The notes under the pieces: generated by a model
Databases searched by the model: none
Told to the model about the DNA's origin: nothing
The model's input: the letters and a program-made list of their open reading frames with translations, nothing else
Translations under genes and position numbers: made by a program
Part shown: one piece after another, positions 1 to 9,139 of the stretch
Position numbering within the stretch: the first letter of the stretch is position 1
Layout: each line of letters opens with the position of its first letter
Virus record (IMG/VR): IMGVR_UViG_3300009508_000011
Span: 62,001 to 126,000 of that record
Reading direction: 5' to 3' (one strand)
Length of the DNA: 64,000 bases

Positions 1-369
1 AACCACCTTACTACCAAGGTTATCTACCAAGTACTTAACACCTAAACTTGGATGTCTATCTTGGTACTGCCTGGCTTCATTGGCTATTGTATTAGCACTT
101 ACACGTGAGTCGACGTTAATAAGCGTTGGATGACGTTTAACCAAAGGTGGAACAATAAAGATAACCTCATTGTTCTTAATCACATTAACTGATTCGTAAG
201 CTGTGCCCGAAATATCTAACCATGGAGATAGGTCGACATTCTTTTCCGTAGATACAAACATAGGTAAGTATTTACTACGGAATTCTGATTCAGGGATAGC
301 TCTAACTATATTATCAGTCATTTCTGAGATACTCAACATTGCATCGACTAATTCGCTAGGCATTGTCAT
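1..369 (-). CDS. Conserved phiKZ-like hypothetical protein, runs off the window edge (partial)
   Basis: Translated by hand: MTMPSELVDAMLSISEMTDNIVRAIPESEFRSKYLPMF...WLDISG...VIFIVPPL, open through position 1. The IPE..F...YLP.F / W..I.G / VPPL pattern is recalled from phiKZ-like core genes. Confidence 0.7.
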   Translation of the reverse strand, partial: MTMPSELVDAMLSISEMTDNIVRAIPESEFRSKYLPMFVSTEKNVDLSPWLDISGTAYESVNVIKNNEVIFIVPPLVKRHPTLINVDSRVSANTIANEARQYQDRHPSLGVKYLVDNLGSKVV

Positions 370-391
370 CTCATTTGTTTCGTAATCGTCT

Positions 392-808
392 CTATCTGAC
401 ATCTACTGGTTCCCCATTATTAAGTTGGTCAACAACCGTCTCCAAGGAAGAGTTACGTACAGTTAATAGATACTGCATGTCTGCCTTAGAACCATCATTG
501 ATGACCATACCACGAACAACTATGTTTAGTTGTGAACCTTCTTCCTTTATAGTAACGTTAATATCCACTGAGTCAAATTGCTTAGCCAGATATTCATCTA
601 GTAGTTTTTGCATAGAACTTTGTAGTTGTACTAGATTGTTATTATATTCGGAGATGACCCACTGAATACTGGTTATCTTTTCAGAAAAGGTAACCGATTG
701 AGAGAAATCACTTGAGAACGCATAGGCCATAGCAGCATCTAAGCGCTCTGGTACGTCCTCGTTATGTAGCCAACCCTTAGGTGACAGTTTAGGTATCGTT
801 CTTTCCAT
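392..808 (-). CDS. Conserved phiKZ-like hypothetical protein (138 aa)
   Basis: Tightly packed ORF. N-terminal IPKLSPKGW motif resembles a phiKZ-like core gene. Confidence 0.65.
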   Translation of the reverse strand: MERTIPKLSPKGWLHNEDVPERLDAAMAYAFSSDFSQSVTFSEKITSIQWVISEYNNNLVQLQSSMQKLLDEYLAKQFDSVDINVTIKEEGSQLNIVVRGMVINDGSKADMQYLLTVRNSSLETVVDQLNNGEPVDVR

Positions 809-856
809 TCTGGAATGACTCCATTACAAAAAAGAAAGGGCGAACCCTTTCCTCAA

Positions 857-1462
857 TTATAGTCTGTCGTTAAGACGAGACGTTGTGTCTTCACGACCGC
901 GCTTCATCAACATACGTTGAGTTTGCCACGCTGCTTCAATGTCTACTTGCTGTTGGAAAGTTAAAACATCCTCATCAGCTGTGTATGATTCGAAGTAACT
1001 TGTACAACCACCACCATCTTCGTCTTCTATAAAGATTCCGTCAGTGACACGTCGATAATCGTAATGGTCTTCACCAATACGGTCAGGTTCCCAATCATCA
1101 TACTTATCAGAATAACCATCACATAGTTGGTCATTTCTCATTTGTCGTATAACTGGGTCAGCCATTAGCCAACGTTGCATAGTAGTTTTAGCTTGCTGTA
1201 GCCCGCCTAAATCACCAATATACTTAATGTCGTCTGTATCCCACATATGTCGGAACTTACGAGCTAAAGCTTCGGTGCGTCGGAATGCTTCATCACTTGT
1301 GGCACGTTCAACCATTTCTTTCTTTTCTTCGAAAAAGGTTCGTCCCATGTCGGTTAGGTTTTCCCAACCGCGAGAGAACTGTTCTTTGACATAGTCAACG
1401 GTTCCCTGATGTGGCATACCATAGACGGCAGCATCAAAAACGTCTAGCGAATCTATCTGCAT
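857..1462 (-). CDS. Conserved phiKZ-like hypothetical protein (201 aa)
   Basis: RBS-like AAGGA upstream. MQRWLMADP..R and GYSD.Y..HYDYRRVTDG motifs are recalled from phiKZ-like core genes. Confidence 0.65.
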   Translation of the reverse strand: MQIDSLDVFDAAVYGMPHQGTVDYVKEQFSRGWENLTDMGRTFFEEKKEMVERATSDEAFRRTEALARKFRHMWDTDDIKYIGDLGGLQQAKTTMQRWLMADPVIRQMRNDQLCDGYSDKYDDWEPDRIGEDHYDYRRVTDGIFIEDEDGGGCTSYFESYTADEDVLTFQQQVDIEAAWQTQRMLMKRGREDTTSRLNDRL

Positions 1463-1493
1463 TCTAGTATCCTTTTATTGATTAAGCCTACCT

Positions 1494-1519
1494 ATAAAGA
1501 TAGGCACTAGTGTAAATTT
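1494..1519 (-). promoter_or_regulatory. Middle-type promoter
   Basis: AAATTTACAC-N10-CTTTAT, resembling the phiKZ middle AAanntTAC class. Confidence 0.5.
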
Positions 1520-1520
1520 A

Positions 1521-2687
1521 CTATTTGGTTTTACTTTCTTTCTCTACTTCATCAAAGAACATATCCAATTCTTCCAGACGACGTTCAACGTCATCGTTCA
1601 GATGTGACATAAATTCTTTATTGAAGTGTTGCAGTGGTACAAAGATAATACTACGATGTACCTTTACGATATCATCACCCCACTCACCTTCTAAGTCGTC
1701 AGGTAAGTCACCAGGATAATATATGCCTATACGAGCTTTCATTCGTTCTTTTACGAACTCCATAGTCTCTTTATCTAGGCGGTAGTCACCCTGCTCAATT
1801 GAACATTCTGGATTATACAGCTCTATGTTCTCATTGTAACATAAAGAGTATACCTTAAGTTCATCCTCACTCATTGAACGTGGTGGGCGATGTAGAAAGA
1901 ATGGATTGTTAGGTAGTTGGTCACGTACAGATATAAAATTAGCACCTGCCATTTCCAACTCTTCTTTCTGTACATTAGTTTCTAGATTAGGGTAGTCGAA
2001 GTCTAAAGCAATTGAGTCTAAGTATTGATTCATACTTTCTTCTAAGTCGGTAGCCTGTTGTTTAATGTACACATCAAGCAATTCATTATTAGCAGAAAGG
2101 AAATCGCTAATTTCGCTATCCATCGGGTCATAAATCTTAACGCCCTTGAATTCGGCACATTGCTCATCTAAAGGAATGCCTTCTTCATACGCCCAGACCA
2201 CCTGTACGAAACGGTAAGGTAACATCTGTCCATGGTGAGCCTCTACGTCACATTCTTCACGAATTATAAATGTAGAGTATTCCACAGTACGAGATTGAAC
2301 ATCTTCCAAGAGTGGGTTACGGATAACGTCATCTTCAGGTGTGTTTAATTCAACTTCTGCTACATGTCCAGATTCAGTCTCGCTGAAAATAACTTCAGGG
2401 TCGGTTATGCTAGACAGACTAAGTGTTTTACCACTAGAGTCACTAACCATGGATTCAAATAGCGATGGTGTAACATTAGTAGAACGGTCACCCAAAGGTA
2501 ACCGCATCTTAACATCAAGTAACCCTTGTGCTAATCTATTGTGCGTATGTAATAGTAACTCACTACTAGTTTCGCTTTCCACCGTATGGATAATTGTTTC
2601 TTTAGCCAACAGATGCATTAGTCCAATACTGTTTATGTCATTGACTGTTGGGTTCACTGGTAATGATACTGTAAGTTTATTTGTCAT
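1521..2687 (-). CDS. Acidic hypothetical protein (388 aa)
   Basis: Long ORF, D/E-rich, no recognisable motif. Confidence 0.7.
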   Translation of the reverse strand: MTNKLTVSLPVNPTVNDINSIGLMHLLAKETIIHTVESETSSELLLHTHNRLAQGLLDVKMRLPLGDRSTNVTPSLFESMVSDSSGKTLSLSSITDPEVIFSETESGHVAEVELNTPEDDVIRNPLLEDVQSRTVEYSTFIIREECDVEAHHGQMLPYRFVQVVWAYEEGIPLDEQCAEFKGVKIYDPMDSEISDFLSANNELLDVYIKQQATDLEESMNQYLDSIALDFDYPNLETNVQKEELEMAGANFISVRDQLPNNPFFLHRPPRSMSEDELKVYSLCYNENIELYNPECSIEQGDYRLDKETMEFVKERMKARIGIYYPGDLPDDLEGEWGDDIVKVHRSIIFVPLQHFNKEFMSHLNDDVERRLEELDMFFDEVEKESKTK

Positions 2688-2739
2688 TTTACTTATTCCC
2701 GTTTATTAAAGTAAATTAAAAAGTTGTGGGTGACCTAAA

Positions 2740-3303
2740 TCACCCTAATATCTTTGGTATATTTTCATTTACTTGGTCATGAGTGTACATACCCACTATA
2801 TCCTTAATGCGCATATACTCATCGGTAATTAAACCACGCATTACCAGTAAGTCACTAATGTTAGTAGACTCAGGCTTATTTATATCCGACCTACCACTAA
2901 GTACGTATGGGTAGTCGGCAAGGAAATCAATAAGTATATCCCTATTAATTAGTTTGGTTCTTTCACGCCAATGTACTACGTCATGGAGGAATATTGTTGG
3001 TGCTTCCATCACTGTGGGATTTCTATCCGTATCGCGATGTAAACCAACCCAACTATCTTCCTCATCTATTATCCTATCCAATCCGCATTTAGCGCGCATT
3101 ACGTAGGGTAATAAGTAGGCTTCTAAATCAGAAGAGTCCCAACGATTGCTAGTAGCTATAGAGAGGAAACGTTCCGCTGCATTAGTTACAACATCATCCA
3201 TTTTGAACAATGTTCTTAGTACTTCCATCTGTCCACCGATTGCCTCTAATAAGGTTTTCTTAAACAGTTCATAGTACCGTACTTCATCTACGCCGTTAGC
3301 CAT
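2740..3303 (-). CDS. Hypothetical protein (187 aa)
   Basis: ORF with AGGAG RBS upstream. Confidence 0.7.
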   Translation of the reverse strand: MANGVDEVRYYELFKKTLLEAIGGQMEVLRTLFKMDDVVTNAAERFLSIATSNRWDSSDLEAYLLPYVMRAKCGLDRIIDEEDSWVGLHRDTDRNPTVMEAPTIFLHDVVHWRERTKLINRDILIDFLADYPYVLSGRSDINKPESTNISDLLVMRGLITDEYMRIKDIVGMYTHDQVNENIPKILG

Positions 3304-3317
3304 GGTTAGTTCTCCTG

Positions 3318-4043
3318 TTAGTTAGCCATTAAACGGTCCACCCAATATTTTGTTGTTTGAATTGTTGCATTGACATCCTCTCGAATGTGTTTCAGTGTTG
3401 TAAAGTTAAAATCTTTAAGTGGAATTGCGAAAGTACCTGTGGAGTAGTACCAAGTTTCACCTGGGTATTGTTCCAAAGTATCCATCGCTTCTTCATCGGC
3501 ACAATTAGTATCTACTACTAATATACGTGCTCTGATGTTATCTTCAGCATACGTAAGTAAGCCTTTATCCAAATTGCCAGTTGGTACATCTTTACTTAGT
3601 AAATGACACATACCTAGCGAGTGCAGTTTAGGATTATAACGCTTTGTGTATTTGACTGGGGAGTTAACTATGTCATTATAAGTAGCGTACCACTTACTGA
3701 CCATTTCTGTCGCTAACATTAACCCGTCACGTACTTCAGTCTCAACTAGTTGTTTACTAGCCTCAACATCTATATACAGAGTTAGTCGTACACCATCGAA
3801 GTAAAACTTCCACCATCCAAACTCATGTAACTCGCCTTCCGACATGAATTTAATAATGATGGTTTCTTCGAATCTGTGACATACCCCATAAAGCCATAGA
3901 CGAATGTTCTCCATATTACCATGTACGCTCGGGTGAGGGTGGTTGGAATACAGAGGACTTTTATTGGCGTACTTAGGCTTTATTTTTAATCCATCGATGT
4001 TACTACTGAACTCACCGATGACCTTATTACTACTATTTAACAT
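3318..4043 (-). CDS. Hypothetical protein (241 aa)
   Basis: ORF in a minus-strand operon with AGGA RBS. Confidence 0.7.
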   Translation of the reverse strand: MLNSSNKVIGEFSSNIDGLKIKPKYANKSPLYSNHPHPSVHGNMENIRLWLYGVCHRFEETIIIKFMSEGELHEFGWWKFYFDGVRLTLYIDVEASKQLVETEVRDGLMLATEMVSKWYATYNDIVNSPVKYTKRYNPKLHSLGMCHLLSKDVPTGNLDKGLLTYAEDNIRARILVVDTNCADEEAMDTLEQYPGETWYYSTGTFAIPLKDFNFTTLKHIREDVNATIQTTKYWVDRLMAN

Positions 4044-4157
4044 TAACTTTAATTTCCTGTTATTTTATTAATGTGTTAAAAAAGGGATAGCGAAGCAATA
4101 CAACTATCCCATTAATGATATCTCATTATAAATTATTGGAATCTAATAGAAGAATAA

Positions 4158-4442
4158 CTACTCCGCACGACTTCCAACCAACTCGGATTCATCAGTACCT
4201 GTTTCCACATCGTAAAATAAATCTTCGTTACTATTAACCCGAGCATCAGTTAATACCAATGACATCAATACCAGAAGTACGCCCATTGCACCTAGGGGTA
4301 ATTCACTTATTCTATCCCAAGGTACGCTCACGCCAAAGGCTTCTAGTAAGAAACCAAATTGTAAGCCAACAAAAGACAAAACCACTACTGCAAGTACTAA
4401 TCCAAAGATAACTACTCTTAACTGCTTTAGATAATCATTCAT
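4158..4442 (-). CDS. Small membrane protein, 2 TM segments
   Basis: Two hydrophobic stretches: VVIFGLVLAVVVLSFVGLQFGFLL and LPLGAMGVLLVLMSLVL. Confidence 0.65.
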   Translation of the reverse strand: MNDYLKQLRVVIFGLVLAVVVLSFVGLQFGFLLEAFGVSVPWDRISELPLGAMGVLLVLMSLVLTDARVNSNEDLFYDVETGTDESELVGSRAE

Positions 4443-4445
4443 TTA

Positions 4446-5240
4446 CTACCGTACTCCTACTTTTTCATTTAAGTTAATGTTATTTACTGTTTCCACAATA
4501 AACCTATTTTGATATAGTGCGAATAACTCCTCAGCCATTAGACAATGTGGTTTGTCCTTGAACATATCCACATGTTCTTCTAATCCCTTAATACCAGCCT
4601 TAGGTGTGTACCAATAGGGTACATACTTCATTCCAGCAATAGAGCTAAAGATATTACTTATGGTTAACCCACCTAACCGATGGTTGTTTAGAGGTATCCC
4701 GTATCTGGTAACACCGTCAATGTAAGTTAAGTCATCTATCTTAACGGGTATGTCCCTTTTAGTTAGAATACTCAATTTATTTAAGTCGTCTGTTCTAGTG
4801 AACAAGTTAGGTAACTTAGCACCCATTGCCTTTTGTAAGTTGTAACCAAATGAATCGGCTGTTACTTTTAAGCATTGTATATCGAACGATGTATTCCAGG
4901 TATGTAGGTGTACGTCTTTGTATAACTTCATGTTGTGGAAAAAGGTATCCATCATTTCAACTTCACCATGGAAGTGATAAATACGATGAGCGACCATATC
5001 TTTGAATAGTGAATTATCTTCACCCTCACGTGCTTCCCTGACATACGCCAATATTTTCTGTAGTTCCAGATACGACTCATCAATATCTAGAGGACCCCAA
5101 GGAGTTTCGTCTAGTGTATAGATATGTGTCTCGTTATGTATCATGGCTACAATGGCCTGGGCAGTCATTTCATTGAGGTCTGTTATAGGGGAACCATCCT
5201 CATTTTGCAGTTTAGGAACCACTGTGTAATAAATATTCAT
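4446..5240 (-). CDS. Hypothetical protein, possibly a degenerate RNase H-fold/DEDD exonuclease
   Basis: LHTWNTSFDIQCL resembles the Exo II motif (xWNxxFD). No Exo I D-x-E is visible. Confidence 0.4.
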   Translation of the reverse strand: MNIYYTVVPKLQNEDGSPITDLNEMTAQAIVAMIHNETHIYTLDETPWGPLDIDESYLELQKILAYVREAREGEDNSLFKDMVAHRIYHFHGEVEMMDTFFHNMKLYKDVHLHTWNTSFDIQCLKVTADSFGYNLQKAMGAKLPNLFTRTDDLNKLSILTKRDIPVKIDDLTYIDGVTRYGIPLNNHRLGGLTISNIFSSIAGMKYVPYWYTPKAGIKGLEEHVDMFKDKPHCLMAEELFALYQNRFIVETVNNINLNEKVGVR

Positions 5241-5246
5241 CTTAAC

Positions 5247-5268
5247 TTTCCTTTTATTTAAAGTTGTT
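5247..5268 (-). repeat. 22-nt exact repeat (copy at 58779-58800) containing an extended RBS
   Basis: TTTCCTTTTATTTAAAGTTGTT is identical at both sites; minus strand reads AACAACTTTAAATAAAAGGAAA. Confidence 0.7.
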
Positions 5269-5557
5269 AAAATATCAAACTGACAAGTATTAAAGAGACT
5301 CCCAGATTAAACAGTACTCTACCTGAGAATAGTTTAATATCCGTCTTTATAAATCTAGCCAATATTAAGAACAGTCCAACCCAAGTAAAACACATGAGTT
5401 TAAGTTCAGGTTCTGCGTTTAACCATGAATCGTATAACATCCAGACTAACCCGCAGATAAGAAAGAAATACTCAGCTGGCGTACCAGCTTTTATCAACCC
5501 CAATTGTTTCTTGGTTGACCGATTCATTCTGCTTCTTTTATTTGCATTTTGTCCCAT
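5267..5557 (-). CDS. Small membrane protein (about 3 TM)
   Basis: Basic N-terminus followed by three hydrophobic segments. Confidence 0.6.
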   Translation of the reverse strand: MGQNANKRSRMNRSTKKQLGLIKAGTPAEYFFLICGLVWMLYDSWLNAEPELKLMCFTWVGLFLILARFIKTDIKLFSGRVLFNLGVSLILVSLIF

Positions 5558-5793
5558 AGTAGTAATAGCTCCTCACTAAGGTTATAGTCGTCCATACAAC
5601 CGCCATCAGGACAGACCGGACAAAGGTGTATTGTATAAGGTGGCATCTCGTGACCATCGTGGTAGTCGTGGTCTGTTTCACATTCACTAACTTTAAACTC
5701 ACCGCCACATGTAGAACATTTACATAAATCTGGTTTTATGTCAGATGATGTTTTTGGTTCAAGTCGCGATAGGTCAACTGTAAGTTCCTGCAT
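5524..5793 (-). CDS. Small Zn-ribbon protein
   Basis: CSTC...CPVC cysteine pairs. AAAGGAG RBS. Confidence 0.6.
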   Translation of the reverse strand: MQELTVDLSRLEPKTSSDIKPDLCKCSTCGGEFKVSECETDHDYHDGHEMPPYTIHLCPVCPDGGCMDDYNLSEELLLLWDKMQIKEAE

Positions 5794-5860
5794 TCGTTTC
5801 TCCTTTTATTTAAACGACATAAATAGGACGACAGCTTTAGCCATCGTCCACATTAGTTAC

Positions 5861-7342
5861 TTATGCTTCAGCCAATAGGTTTTCATGCTCACTAAAGAAC
5901 GCGCCTAAAGTAGAACAGGTAGGTGCAGGTATATTAACAATACCAGACACACTTCTTGGATTATGTAAATCCTGAATACCTAAATGTGTAGACATGTTAT
6001 AAAACTGCTCGTACAATTTACGGTCAGTGATTAACAACATGTTAAGAGCATCGCCATCAAAGTCAGCGTTCGGGCCTTTCAGTACTAACACCGATAAACC
6101 AATGGTGTTATCTTCTAGGTTATCCGATTTGATTTTGGTAACGTAAAGTAACTGTGCAGATAGTCTATCCAAAGTCGGGTTACGTTGTAGGATAATTGGA
6201 ATACCTTTCATACCGCTACGTAATGTACGATAAGGAGATTCATCAATTAATTCGTTTAGAATGTCAGCCACTTCTTGGTCGAAATGGTTAGCAGCTAAAG
6301 AAAGTTTATGTGAACGCTCACGAGGAGTATAACCACGCTTATCCAGCTTGTTGTTGATATGGATACGCAATAACCCAATAGCCATTGTCCAAGGCATGTG
6401 ACATTCATCGTAGTCATGTGTATTGGAAATAGATGTAATTACACCACGTGCTGTGAACTCTAAGCGAGAACCAAATACATGATGTCGTGACATTCCTTCC
6501 TTACGACCAATGATATCTTTATAGTTAACGTTGTAGTAGTTCGATATCTGTTCATGGAATCGAAACACGCGGTTTTCTATAACACGTTGGGTATGTGTTA
6601 CGTTTTCACCACTTACACTACATACAGCACGGATTGCATCTAAACATTCAACCTGACTAGGGTCAACTACTTTACCGGCAGTTGTAGTCTCAGTAACAAA
6701 TGCAATACGGTTAGGTATTGGTAGATACTTAGTAAATGTAACATCGTAATTATCGACCAACATTTTAAATACTGACTCTCGTCGAATCTGTGTAGTTAGT
6801 TTAGAATCAGCTGCTTTACCATATCCGTTGTTGTGTAGATAAGTAATGATTTCTTTGTAGTTTTCAACAAAGTATTCCCAGCCACGATTAAAGCCAGCAT
6901 TACGCAGGTTATCTATTTGTGGCTGATGGTCAGGGTTATACTTGTAGTCTTTGTTAGCGAACCACGAGATGTAACTTGTATCCGACTTACTGTAGTGCTC
7001 CTGTAGAATACTCCAGATTATTGGATTACAAAGATAACTTACTGATTCTGGTGGACGTATCCAAACTACTGGATTAATGTCACTACCAAAGATGTCTTCC
7101 ACTGGTTGGTTACAGTGGGGACAAATCTTGCCTTTGTTTGCAACTCCACGAGTGGGGTTATCGGTACAGGCACATTTAGGAACTGCCTCTATCGTATCTC
7201 CATCGTACGTTGTTGTTAATAGTCGCGATAGTTCTTCACGACCTTCAATTGTTTCTGGTGAGAAATCATTTACAAATACTGGCGTGTATTGTAACTCATT
7301 AAAGTTCTTTTCGTGGTCGACTACGCCCAGGTAATATCCCAT
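5861..7342 (-). CDS. Non-virion RNA polymerase beta'-like catalytic subunit (phiKZ gp55-like)
   Basis: Catalytic GPNADFDGD motif, QRNPTL, FTARGVI, and N-terminal Zn-binding CAC...CPHC. Lies downstream of chimallin as in phiKZ. Start moved from the track's GTG at 7378 to ATG 7342, which has an ACAGGAG RBS. Confidence 0.92.
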   Translation of the reverse strand: MGYYLGVVDHEKNFNELQYTPVFVNDFSPETIEGREELSRLLTTTYDGDTIEAVPKCACTDNPTRGVANKGKICPHCNQPVEDIFGSDINPVVWIRPPESVSYLCNPIIWSILQEHYSKSDTSYISWFANKDYKYNPDHQPQIDNLRNAGFNRGWEYFVENYKEIITYLHNNGYGKAADSKLTTQIRRESVFKMLVDNYDVTFTKYLPIPNRIAFVTETTTAGKVVDPSQVECLDAIRAVCSVSGENVTHTQRVIENRVFRFHEQISNYYNVNYKDIIGRKEGMSRHHVFGSRLEFTARGVITSISNTHDYDECHMPWTMAIGLLRIHINNKLDKRGYTPRERSHKLSLAANHFDQEVADILNELIDESPYRTLRSGMKGIPIILQRNPTLDRLSAQLLYVTKIKSDNLEDNTIGLSVLVLKGPNADFDGDALNMLLITDRKLYEQFYNMSTHLGIQDLHNPRSVSGIVNIPAPTCSTLGAFFSEHENLLAEA

Positions 7343-7381
7343 ATTTGCTGCTCCTGTTATTATATGGTTTAAACTCACTTA

Positions 7382-7401
7382 GATAATATAGGTTTAAAAA
7401 A
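7382..7401 (-). promoter_or_regulatory. Early-type (virion RNAP) promoter upstream of nvRNAP beta'
   Basis: Minus strand reads TTTTTTAAACCTATATTATC. The recurring TTTT.ACA/AAA-N3-4-TATAT(T/C)A(T/C) motif resembles the phiKZ early TATTAC class. Confidence 0.6.
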
Positions 7402-7440
7402 TAGTAAGAGGAAACATTTAATTCCTCTACTATATATACC

Positions 7441-7821
7441 TTACTTAACCAATTCTACATTCCAACCTTTAACAGTGAATCCAGTAGGGTCTTTTTTGAG
7501 TCTACTGATTACCGTATTTATGGTGCAGTCGCAAACGTGGGCTATTGCTTCAGCAGTACTAACTTCTTCACAATCATCACCTTTGGTTAACTTATACTTA
7601 GCCGATGGCTTTTCATCTACATTATCACATACCGAAATTGTCCAACCGCCACAAGTATGTGATGTGTCTTCTTTAGATTCCATCTGTTTCCTTAAGTCAA
7701 CTACATCGATATCCAAATACCCATTAGTGAGAATGAACATGAAACGAGAACCCTCATCGGCATTCTTAACTGGGAATTTATTCCCACTAGGAGAAGTAAT
7801 AACTACTGCACGTTTTGACAT
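7441..7821 (-). CDS. Protein with two tandem NUMOD1-like repeats, putative DNA-binding
   Basis: Two internal repeats ending in GWT/GWN. Paralog of 7927-8310. Confidence 0.5.
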   Translation of the reverse strand: MSKRAVVITSPSGNKFPVKNADEGSRFMFILTNGYLDIDVVDLRKQMESKEDTSHTCGGWTISVCDNVDEKPSAKYKLTKGDDCEEVSTAEAIAHVCDCTINTVISRLKKDPTGFTVKGWNVELVK

Positions 7822-7889
7822 TTCTTAAAGACCTTATAGTTAGTTTATTATACAGACATAAGAAGACACACTGGCGTATTTTTTGGACT

Positions 7890-7917
7890 AAAAAAAATAA
7901 AGGGAGCACAGGCTCCC
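7890..7917 (-). terminator. Intrinsic terminator
   Basis: GGGAGC-loop-GCTCCC followed by TTTATTTTTTT on the minus strand. Confidence 0.8.
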
Positions 7918-7926
7918 GATATGTAT

Positions 7927-8310
7927 TTACCATATATCTTTCTTAGCGTATCTAAAACCATTATGTAGGTTATTGAAACCATTTATTAAAGTACGTACCT
8001 TTTGTTGTTTCTCACCCATGGCGAGTGCACATTCTTTAATGGTATCGAACTCAGCTACTTCACCAGTCTCAACCTTGGTCACTATAACACCAACACCTTT
8101 ACGTTTAGCAGTAAGGTCAACTTTAACAGTCCACCCATTCCAAACATAAGTTTTACGTGGGTCAGTTCTGAGTTCATTGATAATCTCATCGAAGTTATCT
8201 TTAGTTAATGTATCACTTAAGATTACAACTACTCTAGCGGCTTCTTCAATACTATCTAACTCATGTTCCTGTCCAGTGGGACTAATTACAATACCTTTAA
8301 GATTCTTCAC
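7927..8310 (-). CDS. Protein with two tandem NUMOD1-like repeats, putative DNA-binding
   Basis: TGEVAEFDTIKECALAMG and TGQEHELDSIEEAARV match the NUMOD1 pattern (G....F.Si.eaa..lg). Confidence 0.55.
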   Translation of the reverse strand: MKNLKGIVISPTGQEHELDSIEEAARVVVILSDTLTKDNFDEIINELRTDPRKTYVWNGWTVKVDLTAKRKGVGVIVTKVETGEVAEFDTIKECALAMGEKQQKVRTLINGFNNLHNGFRYAKKDIW

Positions 8311-9046
8311 TATCTAACCCTCTCAAGAAACCAGCATTGTTTTTAACCATTGCGTTCATAACGTCTTGCGGTTCTGACCCAATCAACTTACACAATATTA
8401 AAAACCTACCCACTGACATTTCAACATCCCCTCTGAGTAAGCCACCAGCTATTATATCATTACAGAGTAAAGCAGATGCTACTGTTTCTGTAGTTATACC
8501 CATAGACTCCAATCTAGTGACCAACATCTCACGAATGTCGCCTTCAATTTTACTAGACCATCTAAGTCCATCGGTGCCTGATGTTCTAACTGGACGCATA
8601 CCGAACATAACCATGCCATTATCAGACGTACTACATTTATGCATAATACGTTCTATTAGGTCATGTGGTGATTCACCTTTAGTTGAACCGTCGTCCATAA
8701 TCATTTTATTGATAGTTAGTCTACACATATCAACGAAATAATCGTTAGGTTTATCCCTATCAGCAGGTAAGATGTTGTGTAATTCAGTTACGTACAAATC
8801 ACTCTTAGCGGATATAACATCTGTATATTGAGCAAGTTCAAAATCTATAGGTAGTTCTAAATCAACCTTTAATGGCCTAGCGTTAATGGAGCTTAACATA
8901 TCTTTACCCGCTTTGGTTAATACGCAAAGACAATGTCCATTGACCATAACATTGACCCATATTATCTTAGCAGGTTCATCATCGCTGGTAAGTACGCCAG
9001 CAGTAGTTTCATCCTTCCAAGTTATTGTACCAATGACAGTTCCCAT
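8297..9046 (-). CDS. Hypothetical protein with a C-terminal XRE/Cro-like HTH
   Basis: GITTETVASAL...LLRGDVEMSVGRFLILCKLIGSEPQDVM follows the XRE HTH pattern. Confidence 0.5.
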   Translation of the reverse strand: MGTVIGTITWKDETTAGVLTSDDEPAKIIWVNVMVNGHCLCVLTKAGKDMLSSINARPLKVDLELPIDFELAQYTDVISAKSDLYVTELHNILPADRDKPNDYFVDMCRLTINKMIMDDGSTKGESPHDLIERIMHKCSTSDNGMVMFGMRPVRTSGTDGLRWSSKIEGDIREMLVTRLESMGITTETVASALLCNDIIAGGLLRGDVEMSVGRFLILCKLIGSEPQDVMNAMVKNNAGFLRGLDSEES

Positions 9047-9087
9047 AATTATTCTTCCTTTTAGTTAATAATATTTTACAGTTCGAT

Positions 9088-9115
9088 AAAAAAATAAAGG
9101 AGGCACTAGGCCTCC
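9088..9115 (-). terminator. Intrinsic terminator after chimallin
   Basis: GGAGGC/GCCTCC stem plus U-tract. Confidence 0.8.
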
Positions 9116-9139
9116 GATATTTATATTGCTACTACGCTA

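Noticed and set aside
5861-7342. Group I intron or intein in nvRNAP beta' (as in phiKZ gp55), DNA polymerase or terminase
   Set aside because: All three ORFs are continuous, of expected length, and show no intein splice motifs.
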